Shown here one piece after another: positions 41,531-58,025 of a DNA stretch of 64,000 nucleotides; the stretch's first letter is position 1; each line of letters starts with the position of its first letter. The position numbers and the translations under genes are program-made. The notes under the pieces were generated by a model. The model was not told the origin of the DNA and did not search any database. It saw only the letters and a program-made list of their open reading frames with translations. Source of the stretch: Aotus nancymaae (taxonomy: Eukaryota); the NCBI RefSeq assembly GCF_030222135.1, contig NW_026988420.1, positions 6,643,875-6,707,874 on the forward strand. Reading direction: 5' to 3'.

Positions 41531-42071
41531 AATTTCAAAAGAGGTTTGAAAACTGAATGACATGGGAAAATTCCTAGGGAAAAAATAATTTAATGAAACT
41601 GATCCAAAAAAGACTGAATAGTCACAACTGTTAAAGAATGTGAAATAATAATTAAAATAGCCTCATAAATTTAACACCAAGCCCATATGGTTTTCTCAAA
41701 CCAAACACTACCAAACTTATAAGAGTAGTTCTAAAAATAGACAAAGAATGCTGACACTAACTCATTCTGGGAGACCATTATAAATTCAGTACCAAAACCA
41801 GACAAAAAAACTATATATAAGAAAGAAAAATGACAGGCCAAGCTCACTAAATGAAGTCACATGCAAAAGTCCCCCACAAAATATTAGCAAATTTAATCTG
41901 GCCCTGTTTTTTTTAAAAAAAAAAAGTCATCACATTGGGTTTTTCCTATGAATTGAAAAGGAGAAATTGGTTTAATGGCATTCTGGATTAAAAAGTAAAT
42001 AAAACCTAACAAATTATGAATAAAGGGAGCTTTCTCAATTGATAAGGAGCATTAAACCTTTAGCAACATAA

Positions 42072-42365
42072 GCCAGGCGTGGTGGCTCACTCTTATAATC
42101 CCAACACTTTGGGAGGCTGAAGTGGGAGGATCACTTGAGCCCAGGAGTTCAAGACTAGCCTGGGAAAACAAGACCCTGTCTGTACAAAAAATTTATACAT
42201 TAGCTGAGTGTAATCTTAGCTACTTGGGTGCCTGAGACAGAGGATCACTTGAGCCCGAAAGTTCAAGGATGCAGTGAGCCATGATAACACCACTGTATTC
42301 TAGCCTGGATGACAAGAGTGAGACCCTGTCTTTGAAAAACCAGCAACAACAACAACAAACCCTTT
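42072..42365 (+). mobile_element. Alu, + orientation, with a (CAA)n tail
   Basis: agccaggcgtggtggctcactcttataatcccaacactttgggaggctgaagtgggaggatcacttgagcccaggagttcaagactagcctgggaaaacaagaccc...gagaccctgtctttgaaaaaccagcaacaacaacaacaaac. Confidence 0.9.
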
Positions 42366-42414
42366 AGCAGCATGAGTTGTAATGGTGAAACATTAGAAAT
42401 ATTGATTTGATTTG

Positions 42415-42530
42415 ATTTTTTTGTGGAGACGGGTTTCACCATGTTGCCTAGGCTGGTCTTTAACTCCTGGGTTCAAGTGATCCACTTGCCCCAGCCTCCT
42501 ACAGGCATGAGCCACCATGACTAGCCAGAA
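42415..42530 (-). mobile_element. partial Alu, minus orientation
   Basis: ttttttgtggagacgggtttcaccatgttgcctaggctggtctttaactcctgggttcaagtgatccacttgccccagcctcctacaggcatgagccaccatgactagcc. Confidence 0.8.
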
Positions 42531-42671
42531 ACATTGATTTTAAATCAGGAATAATACAAGGATGCCTTCTGTCATCACTTTTATTCAACATTATACTGAG
42601 GTCTACTCAGTACAGTAAGACAAAGAAATACAAAAGGCATAGGCGTTGGAAAGGAAGGGGGAAAAGCTGTC

Positions 42672-42960
<289 letters not shown>

Positions 42961-42964
42961 AAAA

Positions 42965-43416
<452 letters not shown>

Positions 43417-43462
43417 TTACTAAAATGTATATATGCCATTTTTATTAGAAAACGATTTTAGG

Positions 43463-43762
43463 GGCCAGGTGCAGTTCCTCATGCCTGTAATCCTAGCAGT
43501 TTGGGAGGCCATGGCAGGCAGATCATTTGAGGTCAGGAGTTCGAGACCAGCCTGGCTAACATGCTGAAACCCCATCTCTACTAAAAAATACAAAAATTAA
43601 CCAGGTGTGGTAGCACGCTCATGCAATTTCAGTTACTCAGGAGACTGAGGCACAGAAATCACTTGAACCCAGGAGGTGGAGGTTGCTGTGAGCCGAGATT
43701 GCGCCACTGCACTCCAGCCTGAGTGACAGAGTGAGACTCTGTCTTAGAGAGAAAAAAAAGGA
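43463..43762 (+). mobile_element. Alu, + orientation
   Basis: ggccaggtgcagttcctcatgcctgtaatcctagcagtttgggaggccatggcaggcagatcatttgaggtcaggagttcgagaccagcctggctaacatgctgaaacc...gagtgagactctgtcttagagagaaaaaaaag. Confidence 0.9.
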
Positions 43763-45794
43763 AAACAATTTTAAAAATTTGTCATTTTCTCCATACTGGT
43801 CTATAGCATCACTGCAGTTCTAATCAAAATCTCAACACAGTTTTTCATGGAATTTACAAATGCTGTTTCTGTGGTTTATATGAAGATTCAAGAAAAGCCA
43901 GAGCCAACTGTCCCCGTAAGCAGTCAAAACCTGCTGTATCAAACTAGCGATCAGTACAGCATTTACTTGGCACAGAAAGGTAGGTGAACTAGCACAGCAC
44001 GGTAGAGACCTCAGTCCGGCGATGCAGCTCTGATACAGGACAGAGGATGGGGCGTCACGGTCCCTGTGGGGAGGATGACTCTTCTCACTGGTGTCAACAG
44101 ACGGTTACTCATGTAGCAAAAGCCCATACGTGAGAGTCAAATCCTGATGGAGTGAGCCCTATTCGGAGGGTATTTAGAGATTAAGGATACTATTGTTAAG
44201 ACCTTGGGGGAAGGGAAAGATTTCTTAAGACACAAAATGTTCCATTAAAGGAACAGAATGATAAAATTGACTGAACAATATAGTTCCATTTGTCAAAGCT
44301 ACCGTAAGTAAGAGTGGAAAGACAAAGGATCACTACCCAGAGCATGAAGAACTCCTGCAATTTGTATAAAGCTCATTAGCAAGCAAAACCAACTACCTAT
44401 TTCTTAGGGATATGTGTATTTATGGCAAAGCTATTTTGAAGAAGAACATGAGAGATACAGACTGCAGATGTAAATGACACCATGCAGGGGCCAGCTGTGG
44501 TAGGCACAGGTGTGTGCCCCCAGGCAGTTCTTGTGACCACAGAGCACACTTCATTGTTTTATGACATGCATTCCTTCATATATGTATATCGAGTTTCTTA
44601 TTAAAAATAAAGAGAAAATTAAGTTTATCAGGTCCAGAGGCAAGGCCCAGCACTTGTCAGGAATGAGCATAGGTTTTGAACCAGTTTGCTTTGTTAGAGA
44701 CCACAGTCTGAGCTGCAGCTCATCCTTTCCGATGGTTCTGGTCTAGGGATGCTCTCTGTTCTTACAGCAGCCCTATGAGTTCAGTGGTATTATCTCGGTT
44801 CATAAAGACCTAACCTGTTCTGCTTCCAGTCTTTCCATGTTGCTTCCTCAGTGGCGGGATGGATTATGGGGCATACCAGGTGGGGGCTCCACGGGGTACT
44901 CAGATACCTGAGTAAGAAGACCAGCTCTGCTACTCTCTGGTGTGTGTCTCTGAGCAAACCCTGGAGCCTTTCCCAGCTTCTCTCATCTGTAACACGTCTC
45001 CCCTTACAGATTATTGTGTATGGAGGAAATAGATCCATTCATGTAAACAAGTTAATGTGTCTCATGATTGCTAGTGGCTTTCACTGTTGCTGATTGAGCT
45101 GGGATGCTGCAGGATGGACAGCCCAGAGGCTGTGCTGTTTGTCTGCTGTTTCTCTGCTGTCAGCTCTCAGAGTTAGCAGAAGTGTTAGTTTGAGTTTAGG
45201 GCTTTGGAAAAAGTTATTCAGTTATTGCATGTGTTTTACAAACTTTATTTCTGTGGCTGGGCCATCTGCCTAACATCATCTATGTAGTTTGAGGAATTGG
45301 TTTCCAGTGAAAATCCTTTAACTCTTACCATCAAGTATTTCTGTTTTTCATTTGTAAAAAGAGCACATAACCATTGTGAATTACTCCCAGATAAGCTGCG
45401 CTGAAGTCTGTGATTGATTGCAGTGGTGGTAAAGGCTGAACACATGCGTCCTCAGTGTTCCCACACCTGTGAGTCCCGTCGGGGAAGACTCTAGCAGTAC
45501 CTCACGGTGGGTTGGGTGTGAGCCAGGGTACTGTGGGAGCAAGAGGCTTCCAGGCACAGGGGCTTGAGTGAGTCTGGAAGGATCCGTAAGCAGTGCCTTT
45601 GACGTACATGCTGGATCAACTCACATGCTGAGAATGGCGCTATCTGTACATGGTCGGAAGCAGTGTATGTCCAAGAAGAATGGTGGAAGGGAGAAAAGTC
45701 ACATTAGAATTGCACTTCCTCTTACCAGATCCCTGATTTCTCCTTACTTTGAGCTACTGAGTCTTAAAATTCCTCCTTTGCTATTTTACAATGA

Positions 45795-46095
<301 letters not shown>

Positions 46096-46327
46096 ACCTA
46101 TTTATCTTTAAGCCTTCACAGCACCATGGCTTCTAAATGTGGGTAGTTCATATTACTTCCCAAAGAAAATTGGGGATTTTATCAATTAAAAGACCCCATT
46201 ATACAATGACTTACGTTAAAAGTATACATAAAGCTTTGGTTAAGACACCACAAATTTAATAAACAACATTGTGGGGTTTTTTTTACTTTAAATAAATGTA
46301 TGTTAACAAGGCCTCTGTGTGTTCCAG

Positions 46328-46453
46328 ATGGCAGGCAGCAGATTCTGAGTTTGGGTATGGACCTGCAGTTGGAATGGATGAAGTTAGAAGATTTCCAAAA
46401 GCACCTTGATGGGGAAGATGAGAATTTTGCTGCAGCAGATGCAATTCCAAGTA
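46328..46453 (+). CDS. MPHOSPH8: MPHOSPH8 exon 6 (126 nt): DGRQQILSLGMDLQLEWMKLEDFQKHLDGEDENFAAADAIPS
   Basis: Acceptor ctctgtgtgttccag|ATGGCAGGC and donor CCAAGTA|gtgagtag. It restores the reading frame between exons 5 and 7. Without it the CDS comes out 42 codons short. With it the 14 exons sum to 2580 nt (859 codons plus the stop). Confidence 0.8.
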
Positions 46454-46529
46454 GTGAGTAGTTTTGGAATAATGAAATCCCTTTTGCAAATCTAGATATA
46501 TAAAATCTAACAACTTTTCTTTCATTTTA

Positions 46530-46618
46530 GATGTGTTAAGGGATGCTGTGAAAAATGGAGATTATATTACTGTAAAAGTTGCTCTTAATTCAAATGAAGA
46601 ATATAACCTGGACCAAGA
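46530..46618 (+). CDS. MPHOSPH8: MPHOSPH8 exon 7 (89 nt): NVLRDAVKNGDYITVKVALNSNEEYNLDQE (start of the ankyrin-repeat region)
   Basis: Acceptor ttttctttcattttag|ATGTGTTAAGG and donor GACCAAGAG|gtaatatg. The exact end is +-1 nt. Confidence 0.85.
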
Positions 46619-46714
46619 GGTAATATGTCTTTTAAAAATCTCATGAAAGGAAACTGGAAAGTAAATCTTGAAAGAATTCAATTTAAGTTTTCATTTATTT
46701 TAATTACAAAAAGG

Positions 46715-47063
<349 letters not shown>

Positions 47064-47079
47064 TTAATTCCAAGCCCCT

Positions 47080-47900
47080 CCCCCTTAAAAGTGATGGTTT
47101 GGTTTGTTACGGTCTACCTGTTTTGTATGTAGGTTACCCTTTGCCACTTTGAGAGTGTAGAATAAGACCATTTTCCTGTGGCCATTTGTGTTTCTTTGAT
47201 GGTTGCCCTGTTTACAACAACTGTCCATCTCTCTGCTGTAGCTGGGGATTTTTCTTACTGATACATACGGATTTTTTAATGGAAACATATTGACCCTTTC
47301 TCCCTAGATCTTAGGCTTTGTGTTTGAGTCTTGTATTGCTTGAAGATTTTCATTTTTAGGCAATCATATCTGTCGATCTTTTACATTTATGGCTTTTGGT
47401 TATCTTGTCTTGCTTAGAAAATGTCTTTATATTTTTTTCTTTTGTTTTTTAGCTTAGCTGTGGATTTTTTAGGTTTCATCCTTTGGGATTACAATTCAAA
47501 AAATTAATGGGATTTTTGATTAAAATGGCATGAAATATGTCGGTTGACAGAGAATTGACATTTTTATTTGCATTTTGTGTCTTCTATCTAGGAGCATGGT
47601 AATTCTACATTCACTCAGCTCTTCATTTATTGCCTTAAGCAAAGTTCTTTGGGTTTTTTCATTCATATAGACATTGCACATTTCTTATAGATCTCTGCCT
47701 ATATGTTTTATAATATTATGGTCATTAGAGTCTTTTTTCATTTACATTTTGTTTCCTAACTGGTTATTGCTTGCTGATGGTAAAGCTATGAATGTCTTTG
47801 TATATATCCATGTGTGTGTCTCCAGTCACTTAATGAAATTCTCTTACTCTGATAGTTTTCAAGTTACTTCTTTTGGATTTTTTAGGTAGAAAATTTGATC
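47080..47900 (-). mobile_element. probable old L1-derived fragment (antisense), low confidence
   Basis: AT-rich sequence with runs resembling antisense L1 ORF2 (…ctttctccctagatcttaggctttgtgtttgagtcttgtattgcttgaagattttcatttttaggc…). Not verified. Confidence 0.3.
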
Positions 47901-48002
47901 ATATGCCCCCCAAAAATTCACTTCATTTTATATGGTGCAAACCTTTTATGTGCCTTTAGGATTTAATACACAAAACAAAAACAAAAAAGATACAAAAATG
48001 AG

Positions 48003-48135
48003 AGCTAGGTGTGGTGGTGCGCACCTGTAATCCCAGCTACCCGAGGCTGAGGCAGGAGGAGTGCTTAAGCCCAGGAGTTTGAGACCAGCCTGGGCAACAT
48101 AGCAACATCCTGTCTCAATAAAAAAGAAAGAAGGA
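48003..48135 (+). mobile_element. partial Alu (right arm), + orientation
   Basis: agctaggtgtggtggtgcgcacctgtaatcccagctacccgaggctgaggcaggaggagtgcttaagcccaggagtttgagaccagcctgggcaacatagcaacatcctgtctcaataaaaaagaaag. Confidence 0.8.
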
Positions 48136-48727
48136 AAAACATCACCAACAAAAACAAGTCAAGCATTCCTTGGAGATATTGTGAGTTTGGTTCCAGACTG
48201 TTGCAATAAAGTGAGTCACACAAATTTTTGGTTTCCTGGTGCATAGAAAAGTTAGGTTTACATTATACTATAGTCTAAGTGTGAAAAGCATTACATCTTT
48301 TTTTAAAAAAACTATATATCTTAATTTACACATACTCTGTTGCTAAAGCATGCCGACACAACAACACAAAATGAGCACATGCCATGGGAGTAATGGTGTG
48401 CGTAAACTTGCTTGTGGCAGGGTTGCCACAAACCTTCAATTTGTAAAAAACAAAGTCCCTGTGAAGTGCAGTAAAGCAGAACTCAGTGAAACAAGGTGGA
48501 CCTGTAGAGGAAAGCTGTAAAATCTTATACAAGCATTTACATGAGAAAAAATATTCTAAAAGCTACTAGTTTCTGATGGTTGGGATATTTTAGCGAAAAT
48601 CCTAAGTAGATGCTTAAATCAGTGCCCATTAGTGATTTCACATTGAAACATCTCAAGTGAAGAGACTTAGTTCTGAAATTGTTCTGACTAAAGATTAACA
48701 AGTTTTTACTTAACAAAACCAACACAG

Positions 48728-48868
48728 GATTCCAGTGGGATGACACTGGTGATGCTTGCTGCTGCAGGAGGGCAAGATGACCTCCTGCGACTCCTCATCA
48801 CGAAAGGCGCGAAAGTGAACGGTCGGCAAAAGAATGGGACCACCGCTCTCATTCATGCTGCAGAGAAG
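48728..48868 (+). CDS. MPHOSPH8: MPHOSPH8 exon 8 (141 nt): DSSGMTLVMLAAAGGQDDLLRLLITKGAKVNGRQKNGTTALIHAAEK (ankyrin repeat)
   Basis: Acceptor aaaaccaacacag|GATTCCAGTGGG and donor GCAGAGAAG|gtttgtgg. The exon is in phase 0/0 and shows the ANK consensus (G-TAL--AA--G). Confidence 0.9.
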
Positions 48869-48997
48869 GTTTGTGGCTTCTCATGCATCCATTTCAGAGC
48901 TTTCATGGTATTTCTGCCAACGGCCTGAGAGGATCTCTTTGGTAGTGAAATACAGCAGTCACGTGGCCACATGCTTTTTAAAAATTTATTTTTAGAA

Positions 48998-49145
48998 ATA
49001 AGGTCTCTGTCGCATGGGCTAGGGTGCAGTGTGCCATCATAACTCACTGCAGCTTCAAACTCCCTGGACCCAGGCAATCCTCTTGCCTCAGCCTCCCAAA
49101 TAGCTGGGACTAAGCGTGCACCACCACACCTGGCTAATTTTTAAA
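48998..49145 (-). mobile_element. partial Alu, minus orientation
   Basis: gaaataaggtctctgtcgcatgggctagggtgcagtgtgccatcataactcactgcagcttcaaactccctggacccaggcaatcctcttgcctcagcctcccaaatagctgggactaagcgtgcaccaccacacctggc. Confidence 0.8.
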
Positions 49146-49156
49146 ATTTTTTTAGA

Positions 49157-49828
<672 letters not shown>

Positions 49829-49996
49829 CCAGGGTAACTTTTTAATTTCATGTTTCAGTTGATCTGTGACAGGTAATGAATGGATTTATCAATAGTGCAT
49901 TGTAATCACATTTCAAAATGTGGTTTATCTCATTGGAAATAATTTATATTAAAGTACTCTAATTAAAGTACTAATATTAATTTTAATCCTAGATAA

Positions 49997-50610
<614 letters not shown>

Positions 50611-50899
50611 TTTTAAAGGATTTATATCTTTTTAAAGAATTTATATGCAGAGGCTGTTAGGTTGGAGCCAGTGGTTCCACTCAGGTAGCGGTTGTTGCTG
50701 GCAGCGCAGTGAGTGGCCGAGCGTAGGCATCTGTGGGACAGGGCTCACCCCTGTGGCCCCACAGAAATGCTGTGGCCCACAGCCACTTGCAATAGAACCT
50801 GCCAGGTATTTTTCCTGATGACTAAAAATTTCAAAACATCTGAAAACTGTCTTTTAAATAATTTGGGGAATTAAATTCGCTTTTTTTTTCTTTTAATAG

Positions 50900-50986
50900 A
50901 ACTTTTTAACTACAGTGGCTATTCTTTTGGAAGCAGGAGCTTTTGTAAATGTCCAGCAAAGCAATGGTGAGACCGCGCTGATGAAG
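50900..50986 (+). CDS. MPHOSPH8: MPHOSPH8 exon 9 (87 nt): NFLTTVAILLEAGAFVNVQQSNGETALMK (ankyrin repeat)
   Basis: Acceptor tttttttttcttttaatag|AACTTTTTAAC and donor CTGATGAAG|gtaaatcc. The exon is in phase 0/0. Confidence 0.9.
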
Positions 50987-51849
50987 GTAAATCCCTCCTG
51001 TGGGTCATCCCTTTCTTCAGTACCTTGGCTGGTGCTCGTGTTGGCATCTGCCACTGTCAGGCACTGTGCTGGGGACTGAGAACAGAGTGGGTACCAAGAC
51101 AGTCCTGGAGTCCAGCCGCTCATGTGGGAGGAGGAGAAACGGTCCAGCAGGGCAGCAGTGAGAGCTCATATGGGCGGTGGTATGCTCAGAACAGGCACAG
51201 AGAGCTGTGAGGTCACAGGGAAGTGTTTCGAGCTGGGCCCTGGGGACACTGGCAGTCCTTAGGGTGGATGAGGCCATTGCCACACTGTGTCCTAAATGGC
51301 AGTCAAGTCAGCAGGGAGGGAGCACTCCAGCCACAGCTGGAGCAGCAGGGAGGCTGCCGGCCTCGAAGCCGGGCTGAGGGTGGGATGGAGCTCCTTGTGT
51401 GCTGTTTGTGTTTGTCATTTTATGTTGGTGAATTTGTCGCCTCGGGCTTGCTCCTGTGTTCTGGAATGTGGTTTCCAGACAGGTTTTGAAAGGAAGGTCA
51501 GCAGTTTGGCATTTGTCTCAGGGGGCCCTGCCCAGTCTGGTTGGTTCCTGGCCCAAGATGCTGTTAGGATATAGCAGGTCCAGACACCCAGCCAGGGGTG
51601 GCCAGCTCAGCTCCCCATGGGCACCTGTCCTTTTGCATCCCTGGGATGCTTGGCTCTGTGTAAGCCATTGAGCCAAGCAGGGGCCTGCCCACAGTGTCCA
51701 TTCCAGCCTCTGGCCCCAGTAAGCGAAAGAGCATAGCCAGGTCCCAGGTCTGCAGGGCACCTGGCATCGAATCCCACTGTGAACCCTATTCTGAAGGCCC
51801 AGACCACCTGTCCCTTGGCCTCCTGCTGCACAAGGCCCATAAACCGTCT

Positions 51850-52035
51850 CCTCTGTCACCCAGGCTGGAGTGCAGTGGCACCATCATGACTCACTGAAGC
51901 CTCAACTTCCTGAGCTCAAGTGTCTCTTACCTCAGCCTCCCAAGTGCATGACACCACGCCCAGTCATTTTTTTTCTTATTAGAGGCAAGATATCACTGTG
52001 TTGCCCAGGCTGGTCTTGAGCGCCTGGCCTCAAGC
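51850..52035 (-). mobile_element. partial, rearranged Alu fragment(s), minus orientation
   Basis: ctctgtcacccaggctggagtgcagtggcaccatcatgactcactgaagcctcaacttcctgagctcaagtgtctcttacctcagcctcccaagtgcatgacaccacgcccag...gcaagatatcactgtgttgcccaggctggtcttgagcgcctggcctcaagc. Confidence 0.75.
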
Positions 52036-53539
52036 ACTTTCCTTTCGGTGCATGGGAATGTTCATTTTGTTCAGGAGCCTGAGGTTTGTCTTTTGTTTCC
52101 CTTCATTTGTTTCTGTGGTTGCTGTGTGTGGAGCCAAGGTGGCCTCTCAAAGCATCATCTTGGTGACAGATGGCCAAGTACACCCTGAACTGCAGCCATG
52201 CAGATGTGTCTAGAGCATGAGAGAGGTGGGTGGGCACAGAAGCCCCTGTGGGCCAAGTCTGAGGGCACTGGGGAGCCACAGCAAGGTTGAAGCCGGAGAA
52301 GGGTAGAATCGGATTAGAGGATTTTCATTTGTTTGTTTTAATGCTTCTCAGTACAGAAGAGGCATAGATTGGGAGGAAGATAGTTTGCAGACTTGTCGGG
52401 AGGGTCTCCAGGTTTCGTGAAATAACAAGTCCGTATCTCGGTAGTGGCAGAAGGGATGTGCAAGTGAGTTGACCACTTGGTAGGAGGTAGAATTCACAGA
52501 GCTTGGTAACTGGAGGTGACTCCTGGGCATTCCATTTCCTAATTGGGGGCACAGGTGGCCCAGATGGGGGGAGTTGGGCATTGGGTTGTTTATATGTCAC
52601 CTCTGCACATTTCACTGGGGATTCTGGGCTCAGGAGAAAGTTGCGGACTGGAGATTCAGGTTTGTTGCCATTCAGCTCTGCAACAGTGACTGTAGCCATA
52701 GGTTGAGAGTAGGGTCATCCATGGGGAATTGGAAAGGAGAAAAGGGCCATAGATGGAAGAAGGCTGCGTGGGGAGAAGCAGAGAAGGAGGGAGTGTGAGA
52801 GCCACGGGCGGAAGTGGTCCTCGGCAGGCAGTGCCTCCCCCCGCAGGCACCCGGGTCAGCTCCTCAGGGCTGGCTGCCTTGCTAAGGTATGGTGTTGAGT
52901 TAGGGAGTGGGGCACAGAGGGGAGGTGGCTCTGGAAGTGGGTTGGGGAGGGCGTGGCATTTCTTCCCTTAGAGGACACGTAGCACTTATTTCCCTGGGTC
53001 TGAATTCCATAGACTGCCTTTATCTGCCATGAAGTTTAATTTAAGTATTTGTTCCTGAAAAGCTGTATTTTAATTGCTTTCAGGATTTAGCATGTTGAAG
53101 TTTTTTTGAGTTTTAGAATGAGATGTAAACATAATTGTCAGAAATTAAAATAAAAACCTTTTCACCTGAGGAGAAAGTGTCTAACATTGGTTCTCACCAG
53201 AGTGGGCAGGTGCAGAGGGTCTGCCCTCGCCTGTCACTGTGGGCTCTGTGGGTCCCAGCGGGGCTTCTCACCCTCCCCGCGGCCGTAGTGTGGGCCACTC
53301 ACTCTGTCCTGGACGGCGTCCCTAACCTCAACTGGACGCCCAGGGTAACATCCAGAAAGGTCTCAGGCATTGCCCAGGGTCCACCAATGGCAGAGTTGTC
53401 CCTGCCAGAAGCCCCGGCAGAGGCCGTCATCAGGGTGTTTTGGTGGCTCCTAGGGCTGGCTGCGGGAGTGCCGCTGATCCCAGAGGCTACTTTGGGAAGT
53501 GACGCTGCTGCCCCAGCATCTGCCTCACAAGGTAGGGAA

Positions 53540-53660
53540 GCACAGGGGCCCTTATCTCCTTTCACAGATGGAAACGTGAGCCTCAGAAGAATTAAGGGAC
53601 TTAATCTGAAGTCACGTGGCCAGTAAGTGGCAGACAGAGAGAAACTGTCGACTGTGCCAC
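53540..53660 (+). mobile_element. MIR (ancient SINE) core fragment
   Basis: cctttcacagatggaaacgtgagcctcagaagaattaagggacttaatctgaagtcacgtggccagtaagtggcagacagag resembles the MIR core acagatgaggaaactgaggctcagagaggttaagtgacttgcccaaggtcacacagctagtaagtggcagag. Confidence 0.7.
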
Positions 53661-54216
53661 AGCTCCATCATAGATTTGCAAATTCAGATTTGTATCTGTG
53701 CTTGGGTGTCTGTCTCCTTTACAGCAGCAGCTGGGGACATTTAGAGGTTATGAGAGGTGCTTTTGAGATTCTGGAGAAAAAGCTCTCTATAGTGAGGGCC
53801 AGGCTTGCATATCTCTGTGCCTCTGCTGAGGGGCTGGCTCACGGGGGACAGCATGGCAGGGACAGAGGACAGCAGGGGACTGCTTAGCAAGGCCTGGTGT
53901 TTCTGTCTTGGGACTTAAGCATCCTTTTTGAAGTTGCCCATTTCCTGAAAATTCAGTGAAGAAACTGACTGAATGTAGCACACAGATTTCTGTGTTGGCC
54001 CCTGAGTCAGATATTCCCCACTTGCATTTAAACAACACTATGTGACTCCTAATGCCGTGGCCTGACGGGCCCCATAAATTCTCTCCCCTCTTCCCTGCCC
54101 TGTGCCCTCTCTTCACAGAGAACCCCCAGGCATGCATGGAGATGGGACCAGCAGCTGTGGGTAGTGTTACCACAGTTTACAGCTAAGTAATTGTTACTCC
54201 TTTTTACCTGACCTAG

Positions 54217-54371
54217 GCCTGTAAAAGAGGAAATTCAGACATTGTACGACTCGTAATTGAATGTGGAGCTGACTGCAACATTTTGTCAAAGCACCAAAAC
54301 AGTGCCCTGCACTTTGCGAAGCAGTCTAACAATGTGCTTGTGTACGACTTGCTGAAGAGCCATTTAGAGAC
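54217..54371 (+). CDS. MPHOSPH8: MPHOSPH8 exon 10 (155 nt): ACKRGNSDIVRLVIECGADCNILSKHQNSALHFAKQSNNVLVYDLLKSHLET (ankyrin repeats)
   Basis: Acceptor ctttttacctgacctag|GCCTGTAAAAGAGG and donor TTTAGAGAC|gtaagtggg. It ends in phase 2. Confidence 0.9.
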
Positions 54372-54439
54372 GTAAGTGGGAAGGACTGTGCCGTGGTTAA
54401 GTCCCGTAGCATATGCCTGTTTATGTAGACACATTATAA

Positions 54440-54875
<436 letters not shown>

Positions 54876-54927
54876 GTCTCAAAAAATTTCAAAGTTAACA
54901 TTGGCCTATCTGGGAGTATTTTTCTTA

Positions 54928-55422
<495 letters not shown>

Positions 55423-56431
55423 TTACTACAGCCAACGTGCCTATAGGGACACCTCATAATCACTCGGAGTGCAGCACTGACATTAGGGCTCACTCGTGGT
55501 GTTACACATTCTTTGGATTTGGACAAATACATAATGACATCCATCCCTCATCACAGTTGTCATACAGAATAGTTTCACTGCCTTAAAAAGCCTGTGTTTT
55601 CCACCTCTTCATGCTTCCCTCCCCTAGCCCCTGACAACCACCAGTAATTTTACTGTCTTCTTATTTTGCCCTACCCAGAACAGTTGGAATCACACATTAT
55701 TTGGCCTTTTCAGATTGGCCTTTTTCATTTAGTAATAGGCATCCGAGATTCCTTCCATGTCTTGTTAGTGCATTTCTGATTAATATTCTGTTACTGGTTG
55801 TCAGGATTTACCAGTTTATTCAGTTCATTCTTTTTCAAATAAATTCTAAATCACATTTTATTTGATTGCAGGTTCATACTTGTAACAGTTTAGTATTCTA
55901 TCACTTAACTCTTTTAGCAACACATATCAGACTCTCACAGACAGTAGCAAACTCAAGGCAGGTGTTTGTGTAGCAGGCCTCGAGTGGACCTCTGGGACTG
56001 TGCCTGTCGCACTCGGTGCTGCTGATGGCTGGAGTCCTGACTCCTCTGTTCACACGGGGTGTTTGCAGAGATCCAGCAAGTAGAGTGACCCACTTTCCTG
56101 AATTGCCCAGGACTGAGGGGTTCCCATTTCTGATTTTCCACTGATTCATTAGACAACTATGTATTACACATAGACTTGTGCCAAGCACTGTTCTAAAAGC
56201 TAGGGAGATGGAAATGGCAGTGAGGGGAAGAGACTTCGCTTCCACTGAGATGGACAACAAGACAGATACACGGGTGTCCGGTGCTGCATGGAGGTAGAGC
56301 TGGAAAGTAGAGGCAAGCAGAGCTGCAGCTCTTTTTTGGAAGGTTGGCCTGAGAAGGCCTCACTGGTATTTGACAGGCTTGTGGTTCTTTTCTACATTAA
56401 TGTTAGCAATGCCTACTTTTTTTTTTCTTAG

Positions 56432-56586
56432 ACTTTCCAGAGTAGCAGAAGAGACAATAAAGGATTACTTTGAAGCTCGCCTTGCTCTGCTAGAACCAGT
56501 TTTTCCAATTGCATGTCATCGACTCTGTGAGGGGCCAGATTTTTCAACAGATTTCAATTACAAACCCCCACAGAACATACCAGAAG
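56432..56586 (+). CDS. MPHOSPH8: MPHOSPH8 exon 11 (155 nt): (T)LSRVAEETIKDYFEARLALLEPVFPIACHRLCEGPDFSTDFNYKPPQNIPE
   Basis: Acceptor cttttttttttttcttag|ACTTTCCAGAG and donor ACCAGAAG|gtaagcct. The frame continues from exon 10 (AC+A = Thr). Confidence 0.9.
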
Positions 56587-57229
56587 GTAAGCCTGTGCCT
56601 CTCTTCACACTTTTCTATGTGAAGTGTGACACTATATTAACAGACTTTTAGACAGAATCCTTTCTTGGAACAAAACTTTAAGGAAATTCCATTATGTGTA
56701 ATAATTCTGCAGACCAGTTAACAGCCGAGCTGCTCTGGTGGAAAAGAGACCCAGCTGACACCCCCTTCCCTGTTTTAACACCCATTTAGAGCTTGGAAGT
56801 TGGGTCTTAATAATGACACTAGTTCCTAATGAGTTTTATTAAAATTCAGCTTCAAGATTCTAAGCCTAGAATGTTTTTTCCCTGAATTTTGTTTGTAATA
56901 GTCTTTGCCCTTTGAAAAAGAAAAATAGTCTTGCCCATAGTAAAACTGAGTGGAAAGAGATGGAAATGCCAATTCCCTCTCTAGCCTCTGCCCGACAGCT
57001 GCTCTCCGGGCAGGACTGCGGCTGGCCCTCCCTAGACACGGTGCTAGGTAGATGTGGAGGCAGCACTGTCTGCCAAGGGGAGGAAGCTGGGCTCTAGCTT
57101 TTTCTGCTTAGAAACCTTGTTCCCCATTTTGTAAATGGTTTGTATTCATTCCTGGAAAATGTATTTAAGAACATATAGCCATGATCCTGAAAGAGCCATT
57201 TGTAATATCTTAGTGTTGACAGAACTTGA

Positions 57230-57550
<321 letters not shown>

Positions 57551-57727
57551 AATTTACAGTTTTGTTTATTCACGTGGAGCATCTGCATTGCCAGGTGTGG
57601 GCACCAGATAGTGATGGCCTGGGCTGGCCTTGGTGAACCTGAGCACCCACTGACACCCACAACTGCTGGGCCTGCAGAGCTTTTTCAGCATGTGCACAAG
57701 GTCTGCATCAAGGTGTGCAATCACCAG

Positions 57728-58025
<298 letters not shown>

